This document shows, piece after piece, positions 8,891 through 17,557 of a DNA stretch of 41,845 nt. The stretch comes from Silvanigrellaceae bacterium (lineage in GTDB: Bacteria; Bdellovibrionota_B; Oligoflexia; Silvanigrellales; Silvanigrellaceae). The stretch spans positions 1 through 41,845 of the forward strand of contig JBMSQQ010000021.1 in the NCBI GenBank assembly GCA_049423385.1, read 5' to 3'. Made by a program: the position numbers and the translations under genes. Under the pieces are notes generated by a model that was not told the DNA's origin, did no database searches, and saw nothing but the letters and a program-made list of their open reading frames with translations. Position 1 is the stretch's first letter; every line of letters starts with the position of its first letter.

Positions 8891-10462
8891 ATGGCGGGTA
8901 GAAGAATTTTCGTCCAGGAAGGCGAGCTCCTGAAATTGAGCGGAGACACCTTCAGTATCAAAGAAGAGCTCAAGAAGCTCGGTGCCCGCTATGACGGCAG
9001 CCAAAAATGCTGGTTTCTGAGAGGAAACGAACTGCTGCCCAAAAAGCTCGAGTTTCTCGGATTTCTTCCTGCGGTTGAACCACCCTCGGTTCAATCTCCG
9101 GGACTGGCGCCGGACGCAGGACCAGCATCGTCTTCAGCGGACACGGAAAGTGCCTGGACGGTGTCACAGTTCACCAGCTACGTGGACAGGTTGTTTCGCC
9201 AACACCTTGATTTTGACTTTTGGATCGTGGGAGAAATTTCGTCTCTCAAAACTTCAAGCGGACATGTTTTTTTCGAACTCACCGAGCCGGAGCCTGAAGA
9301 ATCGCGTGCCTTGACTTCCGGCAAGGCGGCCTCCGTTGCCTGCTGCCTTTGGGCTGGCAAGGCAAGAATGCTTGCTGAAAAGCTTTCAGAGTTTCCCCTG
9401 GCCGATGGAGTCAAGGTCAAACTCAAAGTCAACTGTGACTTTCGAAAGGAAGGCTCCCGCCTCAACCTGATTGTCAACGATGTTGATCCACAGTTCACTC
9501 TGGGAGATCTTGCCCTCAAACGCCAGGCGATTGTTCGCGAACTCAAGCGACGCGGCCTTTATGATCGACAAAGGTCATTTTGCCGTTGGCCCGATTTTCC
9601 GATGAACGTGGCACTCGTCACGGCAGCAGGCTCGCGTGCCCAAACCGACTTTCTCGATGAATTGAAAATGGCAGGAATGGCATTTCGCGTGACTTTGTTT
9701 GATTGCCTCATGCAAGGCGAAAAGACCCGTGAAACCGTCACGGGTGCCCTGAGCCTTGTCAATGCGAACACTTCGACTCCTTTCGATTGCATCGTGATCA
9801 CCCGTGGAGGAGGGTCCCGGCTGGACTTGCGGTGGTTTGACGATCTCGAAATTTGCAAGGCGATCGCATATTCGGACATACCTGTCTTGACTGCGATTGG
9901 TCACTTTGAAGACATCAGTATCGCCGACGAGGTTGCATCAATCGCCGAGAAGACGCCCACGGGCGCAGCTCGGCACCTTTCGAACCTCGTTGCCGTGGGT
10001 TTCGACAGACAACTTGCCCGGCTCGAGCGGGCTGCCTTGAATGCCCAAAATCGCGTGTCCCGTGAAAAACAGAATCTCGACAGATTCGAACTGCGAATCG
10101 AGCAGGCCGTTCGTGTCCGAATTCAACGGGAAGAAGAAAAACTCAACACGGCGGCGCGCGCCTTGCGATTGGTGCGCAACACCTCTGCCAGACCTTTGCG
10201 GATGGGATACTCTTCGGTGCGGGCTGCCACCTCTGGCTCGGGTGAGGCCGGACGCCACATCACGGCAGATGACTTTCTCACATCTGAACCGCCCACGGCC
10301 GTTCAGGTTCAAATGTGGAGCGTCGCCCAAAACGCTCAAGTTTTAGTCGACATGAGAGTCGAGTCCATTCACCGAACCCCCTTGCCAAGCGAGGAATTGG
10401 GGTTCATGGTTGAAGGCCAATCCACGTCCAACCCCAAAGATCGGGTCATCCATGGAAAGTAA
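8891..10462 (+). CDS. xseA: Exodeoxyribonuclease VII large subunit with an extra N-terminal domain
   Basis: WTVSQF, WIVGEISSL..SGHVFFEL OB-fold, GDLALKR, DCIVITRGGGS..DL..FDD, PVLTAIGH..D..IAD.VA...KTPTGAA. ATG 8891 follows GAGAGG. Immediately followed by xseB. Confidence 0.93.
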   Translation: MAGRRIFVQEGELLKLSGDTFSIKEELKKLGARYDGSQKCWFLRGNELLPKKLEFLGFLPAVEPPSVQSPGLAPDAGPASSSADTESAWTVSQFTSYVDRLFRQHLDFDFWIVGEISSLKTSSGHVFFELTEPEPEESRALTSGKAASVACCLWAGKARMLAEKLSEFPLADGVKVKLKVNCDFRKEGSRLNLIVNDVDPQFTLGDLALKRQAIVRELKRRGLYDRQRSFCRWPDFPMNVALVTAAGSRAQTDFLDELKMAGMAFRVTLFDCLMQGEKTRETVTGALSLVNANTSTPFDCIVITRGGGSRLDLRWFDDLEICKAIAYSDIPVLTAIGHFEDISIADEVASIAEKTPTGAARHLSNLVAVGFDRQLARLERAALNAQNRVSREKQNLDRFELRIEQAVRVRIQREEEKLNTAARALRLVRNTSARPLRMGYSSVRAATSGSGEAGRHITADDFLTSEPPTAVQVQMWSVAQNAQVLVDMRVESIHRTPLPSEELGFMVEGQSTSNPKDRVIHGK

Positions 10463-10697
10463 AAAAGCCGCGTCGTACAAGGATTTGCAGGCTGAGCTTC
10501 AGCGCATTCTGGGTTCCCTTGAGCAGGACTCGACCTCTCTTGACGAAATTGCATCGCTCCTCAAGGGTGGCTTCGAGACCATCGATGCACTCCGGGCACG
10601 ACTCAGCGAATCCGAGGCACAGATTGAAAACATCATTTCGCTCCGGCACAACACCGTCGGCTCGCTCAACGAAAAGAATGAAGGGGAGACACGCTGA
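10452..10697 (+). CDS. xseB: Exodeoxyribonuclease VII small subunit
   Basis: SY.D...EL..IL..LE.....LDE...L...G.......L...E..I helical pattern; 81 aa; overlaps the xseA end. Confidence 0.85.
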   Translation: MESKKAASYKDLQAELQRILGSLEQDSTSLDEIASLLKGGFETIDALRARLSESEAQIENIISLRHNTVGSLNEKNEGETR

Positions 10698-12142
10698 TGC
10701 CTTCAGCCATCAATTCGCCACGAACCAAGATCGTTTGCACATTGGGTCCATCCAGCAGCACGCGAGAAACAATTGCAGCACTGATGGATGCCGGAATGAA
10801 TGTGGCAAGGCTCAACTTTTCGCATGGTGAGCACAGCACACACGCACAAAACATTGGGTACATTCGCGAACTTTCGCGTGAAAAGAACAAGCCGGTAGCC
10901 ATTCTGCAGGACCTTCAGGGACCCAAGATTCGTGTCGGCAAGTTGCGTGGTGGTTCGACCACGTTGACCAAGGGCCAACACATCACTATAGTCTATGGGC
11001 TCGAGCAAACCGACGACAACATTCCGATCGACTATCGCGAACTCGCAGCTGACACTCACGTGGGAGCAAAGATCCTGCTTGATGACGGTTTGCTTGGCAT
11101 GACTGTCATTGGTATCCGCGACGCGTTGGTCGACTGTGAAGTTGTTCACGGTGGATTGCTCAAGTCGCGCAAAGGCGTAAATTTTCCCGACAGCAAGCTC
11201 AGCATCCCATCCACAACCGAAAAAGACACCCGCGATCTTCTCTTTGGAGTTTCGCAAGGCGTCGACTACGTTGCACTGTCTTTTGTCCGCACAGCCGGTG
11301 ACGTTCTCAAATTGAAGCAGATGCTGCGCGCTCTCGGTTCGGATATCCCGGTTGTTTCAAAAATTGAAATGCTCAGCGCGGTCGAAAACATCGACGAAAT
11401 CTGCAAGGTTTCGGATGCGATCATGGTTGCGCGCGGAGACCTTGGTGTTGAATGCGGTTTCGCAAACGTCTCGGCTTACCAGAAGCGGATTGTCAGGTCG
11501 GCAAGAGCGCATGGCAAACCGGTCATTGTTGCGACCCAGATGCTCGACTCGATGATTGAGAATCACGTGCCGACCAAGGCTGAAATTTCCGATGTGGCCA
11601 ATGCAGTGTTCGATCTCGCCGATGCCACCATGTTGTCGGGTGAGTCGGCTTCAGGGCGACATCCGAGTCACGTGGTCAACACCATGCGCGACATTCTCTC
11701 ACGGGTTGAGGAATCGGGCATGCTGCTCACAGGTGATGAAAACACAAGTCTCTTTCACTCAACAGCGACTCCTGAAGTCGTCGCACGGACTGCGGTGGAA
11801 TTGGGAGACTCCTGCAAGGCTTCGGCCATTGTTTGCCTCACCCTGACAGGAAACATTGCCAGAACTGTCGCCAAATACCGTCCACAAACACCTGTGATTG
11901 CGCTCAGCCCACGCCCGGATGTTGTACGCAAGCTGAGTCTTGTGCGCGGAGTCACGGGTCTGCAGAACACGATGTTCTTCGACACCGATGGTGCACTTCA
12001 CGAAATCGCAAAGACAATTGTTCAGAAGGGAATCGCAAAAGAAGGTGACCTTCTGGTCATCACCGGTGGAATTCCACTGGCGTCGATGCAGCCAACGAAC
12101 CTCATCAAGATGCACCGCATCTCAAAAGAGGACGTACTGTAA
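10697..12142 (+). CDS. pyk: Pyruvate kinase
   Basis: RTKIVCTLGPS, GMNVARLNFSHG, DLQGPKIR, KIE, IMVARGDLGVE, ATQMLDSM, DATMLSGESA. Confidence 0.98.
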   Translation: MPSAINSPRTKIVCTLGPSSSTRETIAALMDAGMNVARLNFSHGEHSTHAQNIGYIRELSREKNKPVAILQDLQGPKIRVGKLRGGSTTLTKGQHITIVYGLEQTDDNIPIDYRELAADTHVGAKILLDDGLLGMTVIGIRDALVDCEVVHGGLLKSRKGVNFPDSKLSIPSTTEKDTRDLLFGVSQGVDYVALSFVRTAGDVLKLKQMLRALGSDIPVVSKIEMLSAVENIDEICKVSDAIMVARGDLGVECGFANVSAYQKRIVRSARAHGKPVIVATQMLDSMIENHVPTKAEISDVANAVFDLADATMLSGESASGRHPSHVVNTMRDILSRVEESGMLLTGDENTSLFHSTATPEVVARTAVELGDSCKASAIVCLTLTGNIARTVAKYRPQTPVIALSPRPDVVRKLSLVRGVTGLQNTMFFDTDGALHEIAKTIVQKGIAKEGDLLVITGGIPLASMQPTNLIKMHRISKEDVL

Positions 12143-13789
12143 CCAAGTGCACTCGATGCCACCGTTGTAAACCTTCTTGCGACGTGTGGCGCGCAATCCA
12201 ACGCTGTTGGCCAGCCCGTCGCTCCCGGCCAGAATCCATGCTTGCCATCCTCGACAGTTCTTCTTCAGATGATCACCCAAGGTCTTGTAAAGAGTCTTGA
12301 GCTGCTCTTCTTCGCCCAGCCGGACTCCATAGGGTGGATTCATCACCAGGATTCCCTCAGCAGCAGGTGCTTCAAACTTGGTGGCATCACCGCGCTCAAA
12401 ACGGATGAGCTTGCTGACTCCTGCTGCTTCGGCATTTCGACGTGCTGAAGAAATCGCTCCAGAATCGATATCGCTGCAGAAAATAGGAATAGCCAAAGCA
12501 GTTGCGGAGTCGTTTTTACCCATGGCGTGTCGCCGGTAGCGCGAAATCTTGTCGAACGCATCGACTATCGAGATCTCCTGAGATCTCACAAGCCGACGAA
12601 TGCTTTCTGTCTGCCGAAGTGCCGATTCCGGAAAAATTCTCAACCAAGAGAATGCAAAAAACTTGCGCTCGATCTGCGGACGCCGATTGAGCAACTGCAG
12701 CGCTGCTTCAATCGAAAATGTTCCGGTTCCGCACATCGGATCAAAAAATTCAGGAACGAGAGGAATTTCTGCCGGAATCCTGCGTTTGCCCGATGCATCT
12801 TCATCGTCACTTTTGCCGACCGAAGTTTTTTTGGTGGCGCTCGCTTTTTCCGGAGAATCGATACGCGAAAAGAAAATCTTCTGCGGTTCATCTTTCCGGA
12901 GCTCGCGGCAAAGAAGATTCCATCCAGTCATTCTCACCAATCCGGCTGCGAGAAGTTCACCCAATGGAGCATCACCTCCGGCGACGCGATAACCGCGCTG
13001 GGCCAATGGAACACCGGTGGTGTCGAGGCTGACAGTCAATGTTCTTCTGTGCAGTCGGGCCATCACCCGCACCTGAGGAGCATCTTTGTCGACACTCGGA
13101 CGCTCGCGGGATTGCCGACGGAACGAATCAACAAGGGCGTCCTTGATTTTAAGAGTGAGTGATGGAGTCTTGATGGGGGTGTCCGAAGCATTGGAATTCA
13201 CTGAAAAGGTTTTGTCGATTGAAAAGAATCCTGGCCAATTCAATCTTTCAACCTGCCGATAAACGTCTTCCAATGATTCAACTTCACATTCGAGTATTTC
13301 GCAAAGCACACGGCTGGCGCACCGCAGAGAAAAATTCATCGCAATTGCGAACGTCCACGGGGCTCGCACAACCACTCCTGCACTCGCGGCTTTGGGAGGT
13401 TCCACAAGTTTCACATTGAGGTCTTCAGCGAGTTCCTCGATTTCGGCAACAAGTTCTGCCTCAAGCCCTGCGGCCGTGCTTACAAAAAATGTACCAGAAA
13501 GTTCATCGAACAGCTGTCGGTTGTGCTGTCGGTCCCGAGGCTGTCGATCCCGTGGCTGACGCCGCGGGTGCTCCTGCCGGAATCGGCTCGGCTGCGGACT
13601 TGGACTTGTCTCCGGGCTCGCCGCCCGTGGCTGCGGCGGCGGGAGATCCGACAGGCGTGGGCGCGGCTGCGGACTTGGAGTCCCCTCCGGACGACGCCGC
13701 CGTGGCGCCTCCGGGGAGCGCGGGCGCTGCGCCCGATCCACTCGGTTGCCCTGCTCCGCCCTTTTCGTTGGCTGGTTTCTCGTTGCCAC
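12122..13789 (-). CDS. THUMP-domain class I SAM-dependent rRNA methyltransferase (RlmL/YpsC-like); start uncertain
   Basis: FFVSTAAGLE, LRCASRVL, KDALVD.FR, SLDTTG.PL.QRGYR, APL.E.LAAG, DPMCGTGT, SDID, NPPYGVRL, YNGGIEC. The domain begins near 13490. The start is either GTG 13789 (GGAGG 8 nt upstream) or ATG 13506 via a frameshift (see findings). Confidence 0.88.
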   Translation of the reverse strand: MATRNQPTKRAEQGNRVDRAQRPRSPEAPRRRRPEGTPSPQPRPRLSDLPPPQPRAASPETSPSPQPSRFRQEHPRRQPRDRQPRDRQHNRQLFDELSGTFFVSTAAGLEAELVAEIEELAEDLNVKLVEPPKAASAGVVVRAPWTFAIAMNFSLRCASRVLCEILECEVESLEDVYRQVERLNWPGFFSIDKTFSVNSNASDTPIKTPSLTLKIKDALVDSFRRQSRERPSVDKDAPQVRVMARLHRRTLTVSLDTTGVPLAQRGYRVAGGDAPLGELLAAGLVRMTGWNLLCRELRKDEPQKIFFSRIDSPEKASATKKTSVGKSDDEDASGKRRIPAEIPLVPEFFDPMCGTGTFSIEAALQLLNRRPQIERKFFAFSWLRIFPESALRQTESIRRLVRSQEISIVDAFDKISRYRRHAMGKNDSATALAIPIFCSDIDSGAISSARRNAEAAGVSKLIRFERGDATKFEAPAAEGILVMNPPYGVRLGEEEQLKTLYKTLGDHLKKNCRGWQAWILAGSDGLANSVGLRATRRKKVYNGGIECTWLQYVLF

Positions 13790-14420
13790 CTTCATCGCCT
13801 CCATTGCCTTGACACAGTCCCAATTCACGGAAGAGTTCGTACTCTCGACCCGAACGGATACGCGTATAATATTCCAAAAGCTCTGTCGCCTTTTTTGGAT
13901 TGACGGCCTCGAGAAGTTTGGTGACCTGACGCGGTGGCAGCTTGCGCAGCAATTGCATCACCAAATCGCGATCCATGCCCTCAAGCAGCGGTGCTGCCTT
14001 TTTTGGTTCCATCTTTGCGATGAACTCGAGAGCTTCGGAAAGCCGTTCTTCCTTTGCCTTGCGTTCCTTCTGAAGCGTTTCCTCCAGAAGTTTCCGCTCC
14101 TCCTCAATCCGCCTGAGCTTGTTCTCGATGTCGCTTTTCGAGCGATCGTAACCTTGTTTGGCAACGTTGAGTTTTTCGGTTTTCTGTTCAATTTCCTTGC
14201 GCATCAGCAACAATTGATTGCGCAGTTCGGCAGCCCTCGACAAACTCAATCCTTTTTCAGGAATCTCGGGTATCGCAGTCTTGCCCGCTTCCTTTTTTGC
14301 CTCTTCTGAAGATGGCTCTGTCTGGCTTTGGGCTTTGGCTTGATAGTTGGCATACATGAAGCCGCCCAGACCCATGAGAGCCACGGCTTTTGCTGCAAAC
14401 AACAAATGTAAACCCTTCAT
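13503..14420 (-). CDS. MotE/FlbB/YlxF-like flagellar protein (MgtE_N-like helices) with a long G/A/S/P-rich tail
   Basis: N-terminal hydrophobic segment, coiled coil, KMEPKKAAPLLEGMD..LV..LL..L.P.....LL....PKKA; located directly after fliJ. Confidence 0.75.
   Translation of the reverse strand: MKGLHLLFAAKAVALMGLGGFMYANYQAKAQSQTEPSSEEAKKEAGKTAIPEIPEKGLSLSRAAELRNQLLLMRKEIEQKTEKLNVAKQGYDRSKSDIENKLRRIEEERKLLEETLQKERKAKEERLSEALEFIAKMEPKKAAPLLEGMDRDLVMQLLRKLPPRQVTKLLEAVNPKKATELLEYYTRIRSGREYELFRELGLCQGNGGDEGGNEKPANEKGGAGQPSGSGAAPALPGGATAASSGGDSKSAAAPTPVGSPAAAATGGEPGDKSKSAAEPIPAGAPAASATGSTASGPTAQPTAVR
13589..13679. repeat. Internal duplication with a 75-bp period in the MotE-like tail
   Basis: CGGCTGCGGACTTGGA at 13589-13604 and 13664-13679; encodes SKSAAAPTPVGSPAAAATG / SKSAAEPIPAGAPAASATG. 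Confidence 0.8.
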
Positions 14421-14438
14421 ATGCGGTCCTTTCGCCTT

Positions 14439-14894
14439 TCAACGCGAGCTGTCGAAGTTGGCCCTCTGATGCCGCAGTGTTGCCTGTTCATCGAGGAACT
14501 TGCGCTCCTTGATTTCCTCTCTCTGGGCAAATTCCAGCGCCTTCTTGTCTCGAAAATTCTCCATCACCTTGAGATTTCTTCGACAGGCGATCAGGTGTTG
14601 CTCGGCGATGTCGACATCCTGCTCGGCAACCTTGATGGCCTGCAAAAGCTCAAGCATTCGTGCCTTCCTGGATTCAAGGCTTTGTTCAAATGTTGAATGC
14701 TTGTGATATTCGCCATTGCGCAATGCCTCGTTCAGCTGGTCCCGTTCGTTCAAGTACAAATCGCGCTGTTCGAGCAGGAGCCGCCGGAGTTCGGCAACAA
14801 CTTTTCTGCAGTTTTCGAGATACGCCTGGGCCTCATCGACCGCCTGCAATCGCATCTCGAGAATACGCTGAAGTTTAAAGACGAATCGACTCAT
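14439..14894 (-). CDS. fliJ: Flagellar export protein FliJ
   Basis: F.FKLQRILE.R at the N-terminus, K.MEN...K and E.K.LDE at the C-terminus; 151-aa coiled coil immediately after fliI. Confidence 0.88.
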   Translation of the reverse strand: MSRFVFKLQRILEMRLQAVDEAQAYLENCRKVVAELRRLLLEQRDLYLNERDQLNEALRNGEYHKHSTFEQSLESRKARMLELLQAIKVAEQDVDIAEQHLIACRRNLKVMENFRDKKALEFAQREEIKERKFLDEQATLRHQRANFDSSR

Positions 14895-16237
14895 TCAAGC
14901 TCCACAAGTTCATAGAGCTCCTGGAGCGAATCATTGAATCCGGACATTTCGTTCCGTCCCTGCCTCAAGAACTTCTCTATTTTTGGCTGCATTTGAATTG
15001 CCCGATCGATTTTGGGATTGGCACCCTGATTGTATGCACCAATCGAAATCAAATCTTCATTCTTTTGATAAGTCGCCATCAGATCGCGCAGTCCACTTGC
15101 TGCAGACTGGTGACGACCGTCTGTGATGTCGACCATCACACGACTCGCACTGGTCAGCACATCGATCGCCGGAAAGTGATTTCGAGCGGCGAGCTGGCGC
15201 GACAGATTGACGTGACCATCCAGAATACTTCGGGCTGCATCGGTCACCGGGTCATTGAAGTCGTCTCCATCGACGAGAACCGTGTAGATCCCGGTGATTG
15301 AGCCGTCTGTGTCGGAATTTCCAGCCTGCTCGAGAAGCCTGGGCAGCAGCGAAAAAACGGAAGGCGTATAGCCTTTGGTTGTGGGTGGCTCGCCCACCGC
15401 AAGACCAATCTCACGCTGTGCCATTGCAACACGAGTGAGAGAGTCCATCATCAACAAAACTTTTTTACCGGATTGCCGAAAATAATCGGCAATGGCCGTG
15501 GAGACGTGGGCTGCCCGGATTCTCGCCAAGGGGCTTTGGTCGCCTGTGGAAACAACAACGATACTGCGGGCAAGTCCATCCGCACCGAGGTTCTCTTCGA
15601 GAAACTCGCGCACTTCCCGCCCACGTTCACCAATCAGTGCAATGACGTTGAGGTCAGCCTTTGTATAGCGGGCGATCATGCCAAGAAGCACGCTTTTGCC
15701 GACACCGGAACCAGCCATGATTCCCACCCGTTGGCCTTCACCACAGGTGAGCAAAGTGTTGAGTGTCCGGACTCCCAAATCAAGTGGTTGATCGATGCGT
15801 CGACGCAAAAGCGGATTGAGAGGTTCACGAACAATCGACCACGGAACACCTGCCATCGCAGGAATTGCATCCCCTATCATTGGCTTGAGATAGGGATCGA
15901 CTATCCTGCCAATCAGGTGTGGACCAACCCGGATTTTTGGCTCGCGTTCCACGCATTGAACAAGTGCATTGGCGCAAACGCCCGTGGGGTCGGAAAAAGG
16001 GATGATCAATGCCCTGTCACGCCTGAATCCCACCACTTCACCATCAATTGTATAGGAACGCTGGCTGTCGAAAATGCGAACCAAGGCGCCCAAGGGTGCG
16101 CCTGGGAGATTTGCTTCGACAATGGTACCGACAACCTCGAGAACCTTGCCAAGTTTATCCAGAACGAGAGGTTCACGGGCCAGATTGGGGCGAGCGTTGC
16201 GCAGGCGTTGAAGGGCGTTTGCTGCAAACATGCTCAA
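14891..16237 (-). CDS. fliI: Flagellum-specific export ATPase FliI
   Basis: GQRVGIMAGSGVGKS, ALIGERGREVREF, MDSLTR.AMAQREIGL..GEPP..KGY.PS, ILDGH..LSR.LA...HFPAID. Confidence 0.97.
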   Translation of the reverse strand: MSMFAANALQRLRNARPNLAREPLVLDKLGKVLEVVGTIVEANLPGAPLGALVRIFDSQRSYTIDGEVVGFRRDRALIIPFSDPTGVCANALVQCVEREPKIRVGPHLIGRIVDPYLKPMIGDAIPAMAGVPWSIVREPLNPLLRRRIDQPLDLGVRTLNTLLTCGEGQRVGIMAGSGVGKSVLLGMIARYTKADLNVIALIGERGREVREFLEENLGADGLARSIVVVSTGDQSPLARIRAAHVSTAIADYFRQSGKKVLLMMDSLTRVAMAQREIGLAVGEPPTTKGYTPSVFSLLPRLLEQAGNSDTDGSITGIYTVLVDGDDFNDPVTDAARSILDGHVNLSRQLAARNHFPAIDVLTSASRVMVDITDGRHQSAASGLRDLMATYQKNEDLISIGAYNQGANPKIDRAIQMQPKIEKFLRQGRNEMSGFNDSLQELYELVELE

Positions 16238-17520
16238 CCTGCCTTCTCGGTGGAATCATCCTTCTTGGCATCTTCAAAAAGTTCATCCTTCAGCGAATCA
16301 ATGACCGCTTCGACAGTTTTCTCGATGTCGAACGAGACCACTTCGCTGTTTGCCTCGATCTTGATATCTCCGCGATCGAGCTTGCTGTTTGCGACAAGCC
16401 GCAATCGGGTTCTCTGATTTTCCGGGATCTGTTTTTCAAGTCTGGCAATATCTTCGGGATGCATTTCAATCTTGAGTTCATCCTGCGCCTGAAACTGGCC
16501 CATGGCAGCCTCAAACACATTCCGCAGTGCTTGATCATTCCATTGGATATGCCGTCGAAGAACCTTGTCGGCACACATTTGCGCAATTTCTGCAAAAATC
16601 TCACGACCGGTTGAGAGCAATTCACCTTTCAGGTGTTGCAATTCAGACAATGCCTTGGTGAACAATTCCATTGAATGATTGTACTTCTGCTCTGCTTCCT
16701 GTTGAGCTGCGTTTCGTCCCTGTTCAAGGCCCGCCTGCATCCCCTCATTGAAGGCTGCTTCGCGCTGTTCTGGGGAAAGTTGCCCGTTTGTTTCGTCTGT
16801 CGTCGGCAAGTCTTGAGCAGCAATCCGAGTAGTCTGGGCGTTCTGAAGTTCCGATTCCTGAACATCGCGCATGCCTTCAGCCAGACCACGCTCATAGGCT
16901 GCCTTCACCTCGGCATCGAGTCGTTCCTGGGTGATCTCGTCGAGGCCAAAATCAAGACCATGACCGGATAGCCCCTTGTTCTTGGGAGACGTCAGCGAAC
17001 TGAGGTCACTGATATCAGGGCCAATGACTCGTGCGCCATTGGCAGAAGCAACCGCAGAAGCACCCACATTGGGAATTCCCTGAGAGGCACTGGCAGCAGC
17101 TCCAGCATTTTCAAGTCCAGTTGATTTTGATTCCGGAGTGGATGATGAATTGTCGCTTCCTTCTGTGGCTTCCTCATCTTCAAAGTCCAGAAGTTCAAGT
17201 GCAACCGCTTCATCTTCATCCATCTGCATCCGCCGCTTGCGCTGACGCAGCTCTTCCTGGCTGGCTAGAAATTCGGCGGTCAGATCTTGTGGAAACAATG
17301 TTTTCGAAGGCTGACCAAAAGTGCGGGAGAACTCGTTGGGTTTGTGAACCTTGTTTGCGAGTTCCTGGTTGGGATGGCTTTTCGCCATGACAACACTTTT
17401 ACGTGAATTGTCTGTGAGAAGAATTGTCTCTGGCGAAAAATCCTTCCAGGGATATGCGCCCACATTGACCGAGTCGATCAATTGTTTGTCCGATTTTTTG
17501 ATCAATCGTCCTCGTGACAT
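16234..17520 (-). CDS. fliH: Flagellar assembly protein FliH with a long N-terminal extension
   Basis: GxxxG repeats (YERGLAEG, FNEGMQAGLEQG) and C-terminal IEMHPED...L.RGDIKIE; lies between fliG and fliI; ATG 17520 follows GAGGTG. Confidence 0.85.
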   Translation of the reverse strand: MSRGRLIKKSDKQLIDSVNVGAYPWKDFSPETILLTDNSRKSVVMAKSHPNQELANKVHKPNEFSRTFGQPSKTLFPQDLTAEFLASQEELRQRKRRMQMDEDEAVALELLDFEDEEATEGSDNSSSTPESKSTGLENAGAAASASQGIPNVGASAVASANGARVIGPDISDLSSLTSPKNKGLSGHGLDFGLDEITQERLDAEVKAAYERGLAEGMRDVQESELQNAQTTRIAAQDLPTTDETNGQLSPEQREAAFNEGMQAGLEQGRNAAQQEAEQKYNHSMELFTKALSELQHLKGELLSTGREIFAEIAQMCADKVLRRHIQWNDQALRNVFEAAMGQFQAQDELKIEMHPEDIARLEKQIPENQRTRLRLVANSKLDRGDIKIEANSEVVSFDIEKTVEAVIDSLKDELFEDAKKDDSTEKAG

Positions 17521-17557
17521 CGACGACACACCTCAATTCCAAGTTCACTGCAAAAAA

